A stretch of DNA of 64,000 nt, from NCBI RefSeq assembly GCF_006345805.1, contig NW_021834249.1, positions 13,146 through 77,145 on the forward strand, written 5' to 3'. Origin of the DNA: Octopus sinensis (lineage: Eukaryota). How positions within the stretch are numbered: the stretch's first letter is position 1; the number at the start of each line of letters is the position of its first letter. Below the pieces are notes generated by a model that had not been told where the DNA came from, ran no database searches, and was given only the letters and a program-made list of their open reading frames with translations. The translations under genes were made by a program, and so were the position numbers. Positions 63,082 through 64,000 of this stretch are shown here, one piece after another.

Positions 63082-63236
63082 ATAGATGCCGCCTGTCAAC
63101 TCAGTAGTGTTATTTGAATTTTTCTCTGTGAGATGACCGATCTGAAGAAGCATGTGAAATTTAGCTGAAGTTTGACCAACATAGACTAGCTCAATGTCAG
63201 TAGTGACATCTAGATGACCAGACACTAATGTAATCA
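63082..63236 (-). other. Candidate isolated coding exon (unverified)
   Basis: Acceptor ttctaaccatgtccag and donor GTATGT; one open frame ITLVSGHLDVTTDIELVYVGQTSAKFHMLLQIGHLTEKNSNNTTELTGGIY. No homology recognised and an open frame this long can occur by chance. Confidence 0.2.
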
Positions 63237-63629
63237 CTGGACATGGTTAGAACCGCAGTACGTAATATATGTATGTGTATGTATATATAAGTGTGTGTTC
63301 ATGTATGTGTATGTGCATATGGGTGTCTTTATGTGTGTGTGTGTGTGTGTGCTTAGACACACTTAAGAGGTGACCGGGCATCCAAGAATTTTGTTGCGAC
63401 AATAATGACACAGCGATGGTTTTTGATGGACATACACTACATTTGACAAGTAGATGTAGCATAATATTCTGCCCCAACCTCTCAGCTACACGATCGCTCC
63501 TTCTTTCTGCATTTCTCTTTTATCTATCTATCTATCTATCTATTTTATATTATATATATATATATATAATATATATATATATATAACATGAATAATACAT
63601 ACACACATACACTCACACATGTATATATT

Positions 63630-63671
<42 letters not shown>

Positions 63672-64000
63672 TACATAATATATATATACATGTATATATA
63701 TGTATTTATATACATATATATATATATATATATGCATATATGTATATATATATATACATATATATATATACATGTGTATATGCATATACACACATGTATA
63801 TATACATGTGTATATGCATACACACACACACACACATATATAATATATATATACACATATATACACTTATGTATATGTATGTCTTTCTATCTACTAATCA
63901 CTCAGTCTTGCTATCTACCTATCTATTTATATCTACCCGTCTGTCATCCTCTATCACTGTTTCTGTCATACTCCATCCTCCCTTTCATCTCTCCATCCTT

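Noticed and set aside
63142-63159. CTGAAGA-AGCATGT-GAAA
   Set aside because: The intervening 7 nt cannot form a stem II.

Overview
Repeat-saturated, AT-rich animal DNA, most likely octopus or another coleoid cephalopod (inferred from the extreme microsatellite load and the tRNA-derived SINE families; not verified by a search). I cannot support any host protein-coding gene. Almost every ORF in the track is a microsatellite artefact or a decayed transposon fragment, so the window reads as intergenic or deep-intronic. It contains: (i) at least five SINE-type families in about 30 copies, several with clear target-site duplications (TSDs); the labels A-F below are mine; (ii) decayed LINE fragments of the RTE, CR1, Tx1/L1 and R4/Dong (restriction-like endonuclease, RLE) types; (iii) DNA transposons: two mariner copies, two piggyBac-like TTAA MITEs and one hAT-like MITE; (iv) many micro- and minisatellites, some with higher-order structure. 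The main finding is a set of hammerhead-ribozyme (HHR) or HHR-like motifs. There are six foldable motifs, one broken mirror copy and two remnants, belonging to about four distinct non-coding elements and mostly embedded in (TA)n tracts. They cluster at 34.4-36.6 kb. That cluster holds a 568-bp unit with ~96-bp terminal redundancy, a 178-bp near-perfect palindrome and a 235-bp fold-back of an HHR. Two copies of one HHR family differ by compensatory base-pair changes. This fits Penelope-like or retrozyme-like non-autonomous retroelements. A second candidate novelty is a ~555-bp non-coding element (family F, three copies) found only in (AAT)n tracts. All folds and alignments were done by eye, so coordinates of degraded repeats are approximate (about +/-20 bp).
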